NCBI GenBank assembly: GCA_965603825.1
Contig: CBFDEM010000060.1
Coordinates: 124,001-188,000, forward strand
Direction of reading: 5' to 3'
From: Blepharisma stoltei ATCC 30299
Lineage: Eukaryota; Protista; Ciliophora
DNA length: 64,000 bases
Position 1 is the stretch's first letter, and each line of letters opens with the position of its first letter. Made by a program: the position numbers and the translations under genes. Under the pieces are notes generated by a model, which saw only the letters and a program-made list of their open reading frames with translations, did no database searches and had not been told where the DNA came from. Positions 1 to 13,900 of this stretch are shown one piece after another.

Positions 1-1775
1 AGTATTTAAGGGAGCTGATTTTAGCTTTGGAATATTTGCATTCAAGAGATCCACCAATCATTCATAGAGACATTAAGCCTGAAAACTTGTTGCTAGACAA
101 AGAAGGCAGGGATGGCAGAATTAAAGTCGCTGATTTCGGATGGTCAAATTTTTTCAATGCAGATAGGACAAGAATGACCTATTGTGGGACCTTGGATTAT
201 TTAGCTCCAGAAATGATTAATCAGCAAGGCCATACCACAAGTCTAGATCTGTGAAACTTAGGTGTGCTATTGTTTGAGCTTTTGACAGGAACTGCTCCTT
301 TTCAAGCTCCGACACAAGCGGCGATGTTTGAAAAGATCTTAAAAGTAAGAATCACTTTCCCCAAAAATTTCCCACCTTTGGCGAAAGATCTTATTATGAG
401 GCTTTTGCGTGTGAATCCTGCTGAAAGAATTGCCTTGCAAGATATATTAAATCACCCATGGATGCAAACTCATCAGCCTATCCGCCCTACAATAGTGCAA
501 AATGTCCAAAAAGAAGCTTTACCTTGTCCTTTAGAAGTAAATGATGAAACGACTGCAGATATCCCTAGTGAAGATCCTATAAAACCTTTTGATGAATCTG
601 AATTCAGGGTCTTAAGTAAGCCTAAAAAAGAAGAAGAAAAAAAAGAAGAAAATCCTCCACCAGCTCCTCAAGCTGCAGAAAATCCGACCCCAGCCCCAAC
701 ACCTACAGCATACACTCAACAAGTGTCTACTTTAGAAACTGAATTAAAGCAGACCAGAGAAGAAAATAAAAGATATAGATCTCAGTTAGAAGATAAAGAA
801 GCTGAGCTAGAAAGAGTTAAAAATCGAATTCAAGAGCTAGAAGGGGTTCTAGCAAAGCTAGATAATGATTGTGAAGAAAAAAGAAAAGCAGAAAAAAATT
901 TAAAGGACCAGCTAGCTGAAAAAAGTAATAAAATCGCTGAATTAAAAGCCCTGCAAGAAGATGAAAATAAGTTATATCAAGAATACGAAGCTTTAAGAGG
1001 AAAATGCCTGGAAAAAGAGACAGAACTGTCTTTATTGAAAACTGAAATCGAAAACATGGAAAAGCTAGCAAAAGATAAAGCAGCCCAAGCAGAATCCCTT
1101 GAAAAAGAAATCGAAAGAGTAAAAGGCGAAATTGACCAAACCAAGCAAAAATATTCAAAATCCAAATCAGAAATGCATGACCAGTTCTTAAAGCTATCCA
1201 CAGAAGTCGATGTATTACAAAAAGAGCTGCAAAGTAAAGAAAGAGACAGCTCAGTTGTATCTTTGGAAGCTTTATTAACATTCACCCAAGAAAATTTGGA
1301 AATTTTAAAAAAAAGAAGCAGGCTGGAAAATGAGTTGTTAAAACAATACCAAGATGCTAATGAAAGACTAATCCAATTAGACAATAAACATACTGAAATG
1401 AAGCTGCAGTATGAAAACGATCTAGCAGAACTAAGAAGAAAAGCTGAAAGCGAAATCCGGGAGCTGGAGTCTTCCATTGTAAAACCTGTTGAGCCTAACT
1501 CTGATGCTGATTTAGAAGTCTTGAAACAAAGACTTAAGGATAGCTTGGAGAACCAAAAAAGAAATAAAGCTATGTATGATGAACTGCAGCATTTACAAGC
1601 TATGATACAACATTATGAAAAATCATTAGCTTTTGCACAGAGACAGCTGCAAGATTTGGAATTTTTGAGAGAAAACGACCAAAAACAAATAATCCAGCAA
1701 GATACCCTACTTCAGAACTATAATCAAGAAATTCAAGAATATCGGAAAAAGCTTCAAGAAGCAAGATTAGTTTAA
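1..1775 (+). CDS. Aurora-like Ser/Thr protein kinase with long C-terminal coiled coil (5' truncated by window edge)
   Basis: Kinase motifs [16 protein letters not shown] (Aurora-type), [13 protein letters not shown]. ORFs 27-254 and 264-1775 are in one frame, joined by TGA 252-254 to give DL(W)NLGVLLFE (subdomain IX). A Pro-rich linker precedes about 350 aa of E/K/Q heptad-rich sequence. Ends TAA. Confidence 0.88.
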
Positions 1776-1850
1776 TTTCATTAATAAATTGATTTAAACT
1801 ATTGCGATTAATTATTTTGAACTATTTTAATTATAGCCTATTTATATAAA

Positions 1851-2498
1851 ATGGGAGACCCTAGGTTGAAGATTTTAATTAAAGGATTTTTAGACTTGCT
1901 ATATTTTGCACTCGTTTTTGTGGTGTATTTAACAAGCATATTTAGCTATATGAAAGATTATTATGTAGGGACAACAGAAATCACATATAAGTACGTTGAC
2001 CCTACTTTGGATTTGGATGCAAAAGTCATAGCAACTTATAATCAATTTGATGATAATTTCTGCGATTTGAAAACAACAGTATTAAAAGAAGTTTGTGACC
2101 ACCGAGAAGACTGGGAAACTGCTGGAATTGTATTTATCGTATTTTCATCAGTAGCACATGCAGTAATGGCATATGGAATGCTTAATTTAATGGGAATGCT
2201 ATGTGGCTGCACATTATGGGGTTTTGCCAAATATGAGATTGAGCATTATATATATCCGTGGATATACGCGACAGCAATTTTATTGTGGATTGTCATTTCA
2301 AAAGTCTTTGACACAAGCCCACCAAGCGGCTTTGGAGATAGCTATGATGTTAGCGTCCAAGTTGGGCTTGTTTTTATGTTTTCTGCATTTTTAGTATCCG
2401 TGGTAGGTTCTGTCTACTTTTTTTGGAACAGAAAAGACATGAGAGCGATTTTATTGGTGACTCAGCAAGGCTTCACACCAGCCCCACCTGATAAATAG
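1851..2498 (+). CDS. Four-transmembrane (claudin/tetraspan-like) membrane protein, 215 aa
   Basis: Clean ATG-TAG ORF with four hydrophobic segments and a Cys pair in the first loop. Family assignment is from topology only. Confidence 0.7.
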   Translation: MGDPRLKILIKGFLDLLYFALVFVVYLTSIFSYMKDYYVGTTEITYKYVDPTLDLDAKVIATYNQFDDNFCDLKTTVLKEVCDHREDWETAGIVFIVFSSVAHAVMAYGMLNLMGMLCGCTLWGFAKYEIEHYIYPWIYATAILLWIVISKVFDTSPPSGFGDSYDVSVQVGLVFMFSAFLVSVVGSVYFFWNRKDMRAILLVTQQGFTPAPPDK

Positions 2499-2558
2499 CT
2501 AAAATTAATTAAGATATCTTTGTTTAAACTAAGAAATTAATCTCCCATTTTGTTTAAT

Positions 2559-3713
2559 TTAAAGCCTAGTCACAAGCATTGGCCTAATCGATCGATTCGG
2601 GTTTGAAGGTAAAAGAAGTTTTTGAGCAACAAATCCAGTGAGCTTATCATAGTCAGTTTCGTCCAGGATATCAGTTTTCAGTATATTTTCTATTAAATCT
2701 TCCATTGTGATAATCCCTTCACATATATCGTCTTCTTTCACTATCGCCATATGCATTTTTGAATTTTTAAAATGTCCTAATAAGTCAAGCATTGTTGTGG
2801 TTAACCTCATAAAAAAGGGTTTCCTTAAATTCAAATTTAGTTCTTTTAAGGTTTTTCCTCTTTCAAGACCCAGCATTTCTTTTACCATTAGGATCCCTAT
2901 TATATTATTTCTGTGTTCTCCGTTATAAACTGGAATTCTACTATACCCTTCTTTGATAATTTCTTTAATTTTTGCTTTGTCAATTATTGTGTCATTACTT
3001 AAACAGTAAACTCTGTCGAATTTTGTCATATGATCTTTTACAATTTCTGATTTTAAGTCAATTGCTCCATGAATTATTTTAATTTGTCCCTGCAGAAGCC
3101 CTGATTGTCTTTTCGCATTGTCTTCGGAAAGTGATCGATGAAGTCCTATAAAAGTTTTTAGTTCTTCTGATGCCATTTTTTTGGATACAGACTCGTGACC
3201 GAAAATTTTGTCAAGTAGTTTTGCTATAGGATAGCTAACTGGGAAAAACATTATTGTAATTACCTGGACTAATGGGCATAATTTGTAAGCAATTTTCAAT
3301 TGATTTGGCCCTGTGCAAACAGCTTGAGGAATAATTTCGCCAACAATCATTACAAAAGTGACGCTGATCATTATAGACAAGGCTTTGGCAAACAATGTGT
3401 CAAGAATGATAGGTAAAGCTTCCATAGCAGAGGCATTAGCTACTAGTAAAGTGACCAGTACCAGATGATGCCGATTTATGACATGGAGAACCTTTCTCGC
3501 TTGCTGTTTTTCAGTTGGAGTGCCAGATGCTAGTTTTAATTCCAGATCTAATTCGTCAATTGACATTAATCCAACGGTGAGACCTGACATCAGTCCTCCA
3601 AAGCAAACTAGTCCAAGTGCGATAAATGAATATGTGACCCATATTCCTGCAGGCTCGTCCTCTATTAGAGTCTCGGCACTGACCCCGACTACAAGAAATC
3701 AGAGAAAAATCAT
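2559..3713 (-). CDS. CNNM/DUF21-CBS domain metal (Mg2+) transporter-like protein, 384 aa
   Basis: DUF21 motifs GGLMSGLTVGLMS, HHLVLVTLLVANA and GEIIPQA, plus a CBS pair (GYSRIPVY, HMAIV, GIITMEDLIE). With TGA=Trp the frame extends to ATG 3713 (MIFL(W)FLVVGVSA, signal-peptide-like). Confidence 0.9.
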
Positions 3714-3867
3714 GAATTTTTATTTTTCAACATTTTTGGAGTATCAAATTAAAAGCAAGTACTTTCGGTTGAAATATTTATCAAATAATATTAAATCCTA
3801 AGAGATATTAAGTTATATGATCTTATTTACATAATTATATGAAAATCAATTTCCTTAATAATTATAA

Positions 3868-6800
3868 CTATCCTTGAAACCTTCTCATAACTCCAGCTTG
3901 CTCCGCTTCTCCTTTTTTAGCAAAATCATTAAATATCTGCTCCAGCGAGCTTTGAGCTAGCGCATACTCTGTGATTCTTAGTCTTTCTTTATTTGTCTCT
4001 ACAATAGAAAAAAAATACCCAATTGATTTTTGGGCTTCTTTTGCAACCTTAAACTTATACAATGACGAAAAATGTTCCATTATTTCGACCTTTTTGAATT
4101 CGCTTTTCAGCCAATAATAAATTTTATCACCCATCTCTTCAATGATAGCCCAGGATACTAAAACATCTCTATGTACAGCTTCATCATTTTTTAGCTGCTG
4201 ATATAAAGAAGACCCTGCCCCTTTTTCTTGGATTTCTGCATATAGCGACCTTAGTCCTAACAAGCTTAAACACTCTTCCACTTGGTCTTTCTTTACCAAA
4301 GGAGCACCTTTTAGTACTCTATCTAAAATTTTCCCTTTGTCAGCCATTTCAAAAGTACTTGGCACATGGACTTTTGCTTCAAATTCATAGCGATCCCCAT
4401 ACTTGCTTTTAATCCAAGTAGCTGTTCCTAGACATCTAAGCCTCCCAGCGACCATAATTGCCATACGATCACTTAAAGCTTCGGCTTCTTCCATACTATG
4501 AGTCGTCAAAATGACAGATGAATTTTTACTTTTTATGTTCCCAATCACCTTCCACATTTTTTTTCTGGTTTCTGGGTCCATCCCTGCAGAAGGCTCATCT
4601 AAAAACACAACTGCAGGGTTTCCAATCAGGGCCATAGCGACTGATAATTTTCTTTTATTTCCTCCTGAATAGGTCCCAGACCGCTGGTCTGCATATTGTC
4701 TTAGATCCATTTGGTCTACCATTTCTTCTACTAGTGCTTCTCTTCTATCCCTGGGGATCCCTTTTATATCACAATACAGCCTTAAATGCTCTTTAGAGGT
4801 CAATAAGTCTGATATAGCGTCAAACTGAGGACAATACCCTATTAGCTCTCTAGCACGGTCTAGATCTTTCGTTACACTGTTCCCACATATAAAAGCCTCC
4901 CCTTGGGTAGGTGCAATTTCTCCAGTCAGCATTTTAAAAGTCGTGGTTTTTCCAGCACCATTTACCCCTAAAAATGCAAAACATTCTTGGTGGTTTACGT
5001 TAAAACTGACGTCTTCTACAGCTGCAAAGGCTTCTTTTAGACCAATTCTGAAAATTTTTCGGATCCCTTTGACGTTAACTGGGATATCTTTTGGATTAGC
5101 ACTTATGGCGATTCTGGCTTCTTTTTCGACATCAGCGTCAATTTCAAAGGCACTTGGCTCAACTTCTGGGGATTTCCAGAATCTTTGGAGAATTTTGGGG
5201 TGGGTTTCGAGGTATTCTTGGAGATAGACGAGGAGCATGTAGATTGGGATCATTAAAAAGTACATTAAAATGTCTCCTCCAGCGGAGTTTATGTCAAAAG
5301 CGTCATATTTTGAGGATTTACCGTCTAAGCTTGCATATAAGCTGGAGCTGCCTATGTCCATTAAACCATTCCCAAAACAAAAACTTGGGATAAACCTAAA
5401 AAGCCACCTGAGAAAGTTGCCAAGGCCTCTTGTGGAGTCAAAAATATACAAAACCATCACTACAGCTGGAAAAATCCCTCCAGCCACCACATTGAATAAA
5501 ATAGTCATAATCTGTGCAGTCGGGTAACTTTTAAAGAAAAAACTGGTAAAATAAGTAAATGGCGCTATAGCTATTCCATAAAAAATCATTAAAATTCAAA
5601 TAGCTCCATAATTATTTGAAGGCGACGTATATATTTTTACCTGAAAAAGCTGTACTAATAATGAACAAATAATGGCTGGTATAAAATGTTTTAAAGAGTC
5701 TCAGGTAAAATTGGCACACCAATAAGAAAATCTTGATACCCCACTGATCATATGTTGGTGCTTTACATTAGTTTCTCTTTCCCTTACAATTAATGCTACA
5801 ATTCCTGTAGGAATAAAGCTAAATCCCAGTGAAAAGACTATAGAAGCAATAAACCCGTCCCCAGTATTAGCAAGGTCTTTTACCTTTTTTGTGTATGGTA
5901 GTGGATAATTATAAACAGTCACAGTTACCGAGGTCCCTAAATTTGCAAAGATTTGGTTTGCTATATTGTTATAGTAAACCCCAGTAGCTTGTGGTGCTGA
6001 CTGGTTATGGAAAATTATGGCTTCATATTGGTCGTTAGTTGTGTCCATTTTATTAAAATAAAATGATCCCATTCTATAATTTTCTGGCTCAGCTCTGTGG
6101 TCAAATAGATATTTGTCAAACCATTGAAGGCTGTTTGCTGTATTTTTAAAATCTGAGTCTATAAGACTAGCGAAATTGCCATTAACTGTAGCATTTTCTT
6201 GAAAATAGTATAAAGGGGATTGAGGTTGGTCATAAAGAGAGGTTGATAATAAATGCTTTTCAGGAGTTTTAAAACCACTACTAATCATCATTAAAGCTAG
6301 TCCTACAAAAACCAACACAATGGGAATAAAAATTTCATAGATCAAGCTTTTTTTGTCCCTTTTTGATAGCAAAATTCTCTTCCGCAGCAGTGCTTTTAAA
6401 TGCATCATAAATAGTGATCCTTGTAGCCTATCGCGGGACAGCACAAAATCAATGTCAAGTGAAACCCCTTCATCGATTTGTTTTCTTTTAGATTTTTTTT
6501 TTAATTCTTGATCATCACCTCTGGCGACTCTTAAAAAGACTTCTTCAAGGGTTGTAACAGAGACTCCATATGAACGTAATTTAAGCCTACGGAGGCTAGA
6601 ATCTAATCGTGAAAAAAATGTGGTGAACTTAGAAGAGCTTGACGTAGGAATTTGAAACGTAATTTCAGCATGGACATTGCTCATTAATACTGCATTTGGG
6701 ATGCAAGAATTGATGAATTCTGTGACTTTTCTTGTATGAGATTTACTAGAGACTCCTACCTCTTTGACAATAGTTAAATAGTAGCCGACGCCATATCTTT

Positions 6801-9066
6801 TTTTTAAAAAAAGAGAACTGCCTAGGCATCTGAGCTTTCCTTGCGACATAATTGCGATTCTGTCAGCTAAAACGTCAGCTTCTTCCATATAGTGAGTTGT
6901 GAGAATAATAATTCTGCTACTTTTGTTGTTTTTAAGCATATCCCACATCTGCCTTCTTGCGGTTAAGTCCATACCTGATGTAGGCTCATCTAGTAATACA
7001 ATCGGAGAATCAGCGATTAAAGCAATAGCTAATGAAAGTCGTCTTTTCATTCCTCCAGACAAAAACTTAGATTTTCTGTCTTTTTTACCTATTAAATCGA
7101 CTTCAGACAATTTTTCTTTTATTTGATCACTTATTGCATTTTTATCTTTCATTCCTTTAAATACAGCAAATAAATATAAATGCTCCTCAGGTGTTAAGTC
7201 GTTAAACAATACATTATGCTGAGGGCAAACTCCAAGATACCTTCTTATTTGGCTCAAATCTTTTGATAGAAACAGATTATTGATTCTCATGTCTCCATAA
7301 GTAGTTGGTATAAGCCCACACATCATAGAAATCGTAGTAGTTTTTCCTGCACCATTATGCCCTAATAAAGCAAAAATTTGTCCTTTATAAATATCAAGGC
7401 TAAGATCATCAACGACGGTTTTATTTCCAAAAACTTTTTTAAAATTCCTAATAATCAAAGCCTGGCCATTCTCTTTCTGTTTTTGCATTAAATCAGTTTC
7501 TGGCTCTACATTATCAGGCCACTTAATGTCTTCATTAAAATCTTCTTCATATTTATTATATCGGTTTCTACACCAAAAGGATTTTGTGCATAAAAAATAT
7601 CAAGGCTTTTTTACACCCCACTCAGTAGGTCACACAATGTCAAGATAAATTGCCAAAAGAATAAAAAGAATTGAATCCACTACTAGAAAAGCTAGACAAG
7701 TCCCAAATGAATAATGCTCTACAATAGTTGAGGTATTTGATGACTGGACACCTTCTTGCCCATCTTCTAGCTTAGCTAAAACATTGCAGCCTAGTGTGAG
7801 TGCAACATTTGGGAAAATGGACGCTACGGTTTTTGAGCCTTGATCTCTAGAAGACCCAGTTACTGCGAAACTTATGAAATAGCTTACAAGAAAAGCCATG
7901 AGACCAAGCATAACAGCACTACGGGATTTTGAGAAAAAAGTGCTTATAAAGATGCTAAAAGTTAGACAGCTGATACCATAGAGCCAAAATAGTAAAAGTA
8001 GCATTCCAGCATTACTGTACTTGAAGAGGCTTATTGAAATGAGGCCACCGATTATAGCGATTAAGGTGTAGACTGTGAAATAATAGGTAACTCATGATAG
8101 CCAATATGCCTTATTTGAAAGTCCCATAATCATCATCATCTCTTTGATTTTATATTCTTTTTCTTGTACAATTAGTGACACCATTCTGCATACTGGAACC
8201 AAATAAGAAATAACCACAAAAAATGGCAACATGGTAGAAATCAGAGAAATGAAATCATCAGATACATAGTCGTCATAATACATAGGAACAAAACCAGCTG
8301 CTATATATGGGTTTGTATTATTTGAATACGTTTTTAGTATATAATTGTCAATATAATTCATTATATGTATGAAGTTTGACCCAAAATAATTATACTGGAA
8401 TGAAGGCATTGGCTTCCTCAAATACTTATCAGTAGCTTTTGAGTAGGAGTCAAAATCAAAAATATTTATGTAGTCCCCTAGTCTTTGACTTCCACTCTGG
8501 TAAGACTCTGTTACGTTAAACCTAAAGCTGTACTCTATCTTGTAAGGACTAGAACTATAGAATACTATAGCAAAACATATTTTCGGAGTTCCATTTTCTC
8601 CATAGTCACTGCTTTCTATGTAATCTTCTAAGTCTTGCTCTGATGAATAACTAGTAAATTTATAAGGATTTTCCAAATTCCCAATTTTTTCTTTAAGTGC
8701 TCTGATTATCTCATTTGCAAATGATCCTCGACCTTCATTTACAAATGCAATATTTCAGACGTTTTCTTTAGAGTAGTAATTTCTGTAATAGTTTTCTGAG
8801 AGATCTTTAGGGTTATCTGTGAATTTTACAGGTGGATCGAAAGATGAGCTGAAATAATTTTTATCATCATCGGATACTGTCATAGCTGATGGAGAAATAT
8901 AAGATTTAGCAGAATGCTTACTAAACCCAACTCCATCTCTTATAATTGCTAAAATAATTAAGAGAAACACGGGAAATAAAAACTCACACAGAGATCCACA
9001 AAGCCTTCTCTTCCAAAGTATTCAATTTTTGTACAACAAGGCTCTATAGTGCTGTCATATGGACAT
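3868..9066 (-). CDS. ABCA: ABCA-family full transporter, copy 1 (1732 aa, most divergent paralog)
   Basis: ORF fragments 3868, 5701, 7630, 8092 and 8755 share one frame and are separated only by 8 TGA codons, all aligning to Trp in paralogs. NBD1 GHNGAGKTT/LSGGMKRRL/LLDEPTSGMD; NBD2 GVNGAGKTT/YSGGNKRKL/FLDEPSAGMD; C-terminal SLEQIF. Confidence 0.93.
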
Positions 9067-9842
9067 ATTTTATATAAGCAAGATGGAAAATTGAAATGCT
9101 TAAGCCGAACGTTATAAATTATAAATATATGAGATGGGTGACGCTCAGATGGCTACAGAGTTATTTTTAATTAAGATGATGATAGTGCCAATATGGATTT
9201 TTACATTGGTGGAAAGTTGTCTGGGCATCAGATTTTAAAAAAACCCTTAAGTTGTTAAGGAAATCCAAAGAATTATTTAGATAAATATTAGAACTTTATA
9301 TGGGTTGGAGAATTTAAGTAAATGGAGGATGATTTTTATTAAAACCTTTAACAGCTTCTTTTTAAAATAGAGATATAATCTTCCTGGCTTTTCTTAAAAA
9401 AGCTATTTAACTATAATTAATTCATTAGCATGAATGGAAGGTTCTTTTGATGAATTAAAGGTTAATTTATAAGATTAACCAGCTTTTATAATTGACCCTA
9501 AATGAAAGTATTAACATTATTCATGCCCTTTAGAAAAAAATTAATTTTGATGAGAAGACAAATTGCTGCAAAGAAATAATGGTATTTTTATATACTTATT
9601 ATTATGAATAGCTAGATTTTTAAAAGATTTTGGCTAGCTACAGCTGCCATTATCTTTCATTGGTGCTCATTTCTGAACCAGAAAATTAGGCTATTAAAGG
9701 TAAATTTTAATAGGTTTTTAGGCTAAATAATTATTCCTGAGATTTATACAAATATAGGCTATTTATTTTGAGAAGTTAACTTTTATTTTAATTTAAATTT
9801 TTATATTTGAAAGTCATGGGCTTATCTTTTCGCTGAAAATGC

Positions 9843-10838
9843 TTAATTAAAACTCTTACTCTCTTCCTCATCTTTTATCCACTTTTCCCTCGCCTCAAAT
9901 ATTTTTCTTGCCCCTTCCCTAAAGCATTCAATATTATAGTCGATTAAATGCTGCCTATCGAAATTATCAGCTTTTACTAAACACACAAGTGCCAGCATAT
10001 GTTCAATTTCTCTCAAATACAGCGTAAGTCCACTATCTAATTTAATAATCGCAGTTGATTTTTTGTCAAAAACGCTGTTAATGTTTTCTGATTCTACTAG
10101 CCTATATAAAAATTACCCATAAATACAGGAAACATCAATAACGACGTCAATCATATCGGAACAAAGCTCATAAGAAATTAAATCTACTGGTGTTGAGTCA
10201 GTCGCAATATAAAGCTTGGTGATTACATCAAAGACATAAACTTTGTCAATTCTGCAGTGGTTCATTAGGACATCAAGCATATTTTGCAAGTAGCCTACCT
10301 GTGGGGTAATTTTCTGAACAACTTTACTTAAAGCTTCATAAATACTGAGATCATAAATACTAGTTAAACTATAGCTTGGCTCAGGGATTTCTCTATCACT
10401 AATTTTAAGTCTAACCGAATCAGAAACCTCATTCAGAACTTCTAGCTTTACATCATCATTCATAAACATATCCCCATCAATTTTATGAATAAACATTTCA
10501 AAAAAACATTGAGAATTCATCCCATGGACTTCTCTCAGAATTGAAACAAACGCATCTAAAGAGCGCTCATATGGCTTATCCTGGGCATCTAGGACATATA
10601 TAACTAGTGAACAGTTTTGAAGGTATTTTCGCTCATTTGCGTTCATTTGAGAAATCTGAAAAGTCCCTGGAAAATCAATTATCGTGAACTTTGTGTAAGG
10701 ATTGTTGTAAACGTTGATTTCTTCTATCCTAGAAGTACTTTCTGTGAATAAGGTTTCGTTAGGAGAAATCTTTTGGAAAACTACTTTAAGGATAGAGGTC
10801 TTTCCAGCTCTTTTATTGCCGAGCAGAGCTATGTTCAT
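9843..10838 (-). CDS. RRAGC: Rag GTPase RagC/D (Gtr2), two exons
   Basis: LLGNKRAGKTSI, FIHKIDG, TSIYDLSIYEALSKVVQK, YELCSDMIDVV. Removing the 15-nt intron 10102-10116 continues into the roadblock domain (LYLREIEHMLALVC..HLIDYNI) and ends at TAA 9843-9845. Confidence 0.93.
10102..10116 (-). other. 15-nt spliceosomal intron GTAATTTTTATATAG
   Basis: GT-AG ends, A at -6. Retention gives an in-frame TAA, and removal restores the conserved RagC C-terminus. Confidence 0.9.
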
Positions 10839-10950
10839 AATTTATAATAAAATCGCCATATGGATTCTAATTTCAAGTAAGTTGGTTTTTTTTAAGTTTA
10901 TTATTTAAAAAAATATAGCCAAAGAATATTAAGATTAGTAGTTATATTCT

Positions 10951-13900
10951 TTAGATACCATGCGCGTATCTTCTTATAATTCCTGCTTGAAATTCTTCTC
11001 CTTTTCTTGCGAAATCATTGAAGATTTGCTCCAAGGAACTCTGAGACAGCGCATATTCAGAAATTTTTAGGGCTTCTTTATTCATTTCAACTGTAGAGAA
11101 AAAGTATCCTATTGATTTTTCCTCTTCTTTAGCGATTTTGAATTTATAAAGTGAAGAGAAGTGTTCAATTATTTCGACATTCTTAAACTCTCTTTTAAGC
11201 CATTCGTAAATTGTATCACCCAGCTCTTCAACAATAACCCAGGACACTAAAGAATCTCTTGATATGCATCCATCTACTTTTAATTGTTGATGCAAAGCAG
11301 AGCCTGCACCTCTTTCATGAATTTCCTCATAGAAATTCTTTGCGTCGAGAATTTCTAAACATGGCAAAATTCGATTTTCTGTGATTACTGTTTCTCCCAT
11401 AAGGATACGATCTAAAACCATTCCTCTATCATTTACTTCAAAATGGCTAGGAATTTCAACTTTTGCTTCGAACTCATATCGATCGCCATATTTGCTTTTA
11501 ATCCAGGTAGCAGTTCCAAGACATCTAAGCCTTCCAGCAACCATAATAGCCATACGATCGCTTAAAGCTTCAGCTTCTTCCATTGAATGAGTTGTCAAAA
11601 TGACTGAGGAGTTCTTTTGTTTAAGATTCCCAATGACTTTCCACATTTTTTTTCTAGTTTCTGGGTCCATTCCTGCAGAAGGCTCATCTAAGAAAACTAC
11701 TGTTGGATTTCCAATAAGTGCTATAGCTACTGACAATTTTCTTTTATTTCCTCCTGAATAAGTTCCTGCCAATATATCAGCATATTGCCTTAAATCCATT
11801 TGATCTATCATTTCTTCGACAAGTGCTTCTTTTCTATCTTTAGGAATTCCTTTGATATCTGAATATAGTCTTAAATGCTCTCTTGCTGTAAGCAGCTCAG
11901 ATATAGCATCAAATTGAGGACAGTAGCCAATTAGCTCTCTTGCTCTATCAAGATCATTAATGACATTATGTCCACAAATATAGGCTTCTCCAGTTGTAGG
12001 AGCTGTTTCTCCAGTCAGCATTTTGAAAGTAGTTGTTTTTCCAGCCCCGTTTACTCCTAAGAACGCAAAGCATTCTTGTTGGTTTACATTAAAACTCACA
12101 TCTTCGACTGCTGCAAAAGCTTTATTCATTCCTTGTCTGTAGATTTTTCTAATTCCTCTAACATTGACTTGAACTTCTTGAGGATTAACATTTAATGCAT
12201 TTTCTGCTTCTCTTTCTACATCATCATCAGCTTCATATTCTGATGGAGCTACATGGGGTACTCTACAACAACATTGCAGCAGTGTTTTATATGTTTCTAA
12301 GTATTCTAGGACATAAATAAGGATTAAATAAAACGGAATTGTGATTCCAAGCATTAAAATATCACCTCCAGCTGAGCCAATATCAAATGCATTATATAAT
12401 CCATCTATTTCATCCCAGCTTGAAAAGGATGATATACTTCCTATACTTAATAGCCCATCTCCATAGCAAAAAGCAGGACTTATTCTTAAAATCCACCTAA
12501 GATATCTTGCAACAGGCCTTGTAGATGTAAAAAGATAAAGAACCCAAATAAAGTATGGTAAAACTCCGCCCACAATAACATTGAAAAGAATAGTAGCAAC
12601 TTGTGCAGAAGGATAACTTTTGAAGAAAAAACTACTAAAATATGTAAAAGGCGCTATAGAAACTCCATATAAGAGCATTAGCACCCAAACAGCTCCATAA
12701 GTATCATCAGGGTCTGTAAAAGTTTTTACCTCAAAAGCCTTGACCAGTAAAGCACAAATTATAGCTGGAAATAAATGTTTAACAGAGTCCCAAAAGAAAT
12801 TTGCACACCAATACGAAAGTCTCGAGATTCCGCTGATCATGTGCTGGTGTTTGACATTAGTTTCTCTTTCTTTTACAATTAAAGCTATAATGCCTGCTGG
12901 AATGAAGCTAAAACCTAACGAAAATATAATTGCTGCAGTAACCCCATCTCAGATGCCTTTGATATCTTTAACTTTTTTGGTATAAGGAAGAGGGTAATTA
13001 TAAACCGCTATTTTTTTCCCATATTTTGAAAATATTTCATTAGAAAGCTTGCTATAGTAGACTCCAGTCGCTTGAGGAGCTGATTGATTGTGGAAAATAA
13101 CAGCTTGATACTGATCGTTGGTGGTATCCATATTTGTCAAATAATATGAGCCCATTCTATAATTATCTGGATCTGTTCGGGTATCAAATAAATATTGATC
13201 AAAACCTTCTATAGTATCATTTATAACACTATAGTCAGGGTTTGCATACTTTGAAAAGCTTCCTACATTTGTTCCTGCGGGCCAGTAATAAATTGTATCT
13301 TGAGGTAAAGAATATGAGGATTCAGTAAGCCTCTTTTTATCAGTAGGTGGAAGCTTCCAGCCAGTTTTCATTAAACTGAGCCCAAGGATAACTAATATAA
13401 TTGGGACAAAAATTTCATAGACTAGGCTTCTCAGGTCTCTTTTTGACAAGGAAACTCTCTTTTTTAAAAGCGTCCAAAAATGGCTGTAAAATAAAGGACC
13501 TTTAAGCCTATCTCTGGATAAAATAAAATCATCTTTAAGCTCACTTTCTTCTTTTTCCTGGTCTTTTTTAGCAAATCCTGAGGCATCTTCTCTTGCTACC
13601 CTTAAAAAGACTTCTTCAAGGGTTGTAACAGATATTCCATAAGACGGCAACTGTAAAAAGTTAAGTTGCTTGTCAAGGGCTGCAAAAAACTCAGTAAATT
13701 TACTTGAGCTAGAGTTAGGGATTTGAAAAGTTATTTCTGCATGCACATCACTCATTAAAGAAGCTTCAGGAATGTATTCTCTTATGAAATCCTTAACCGA
13801 TTGTGTATGAGTTTTGCTTGCAACTCCGACTTCTTTGACAATAGTTAAGTAATAGCCGACTCCATATCTTTTTTTCAAGAAAAGAGAGCTGCCAAGGCAT

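Noticed and set aside
252-254. In-frame TGA as selenocysteine or Cys
   Set aside because: The TGAs align to invariant Trp rather than catalytic Cys, and occur across unrelated genes
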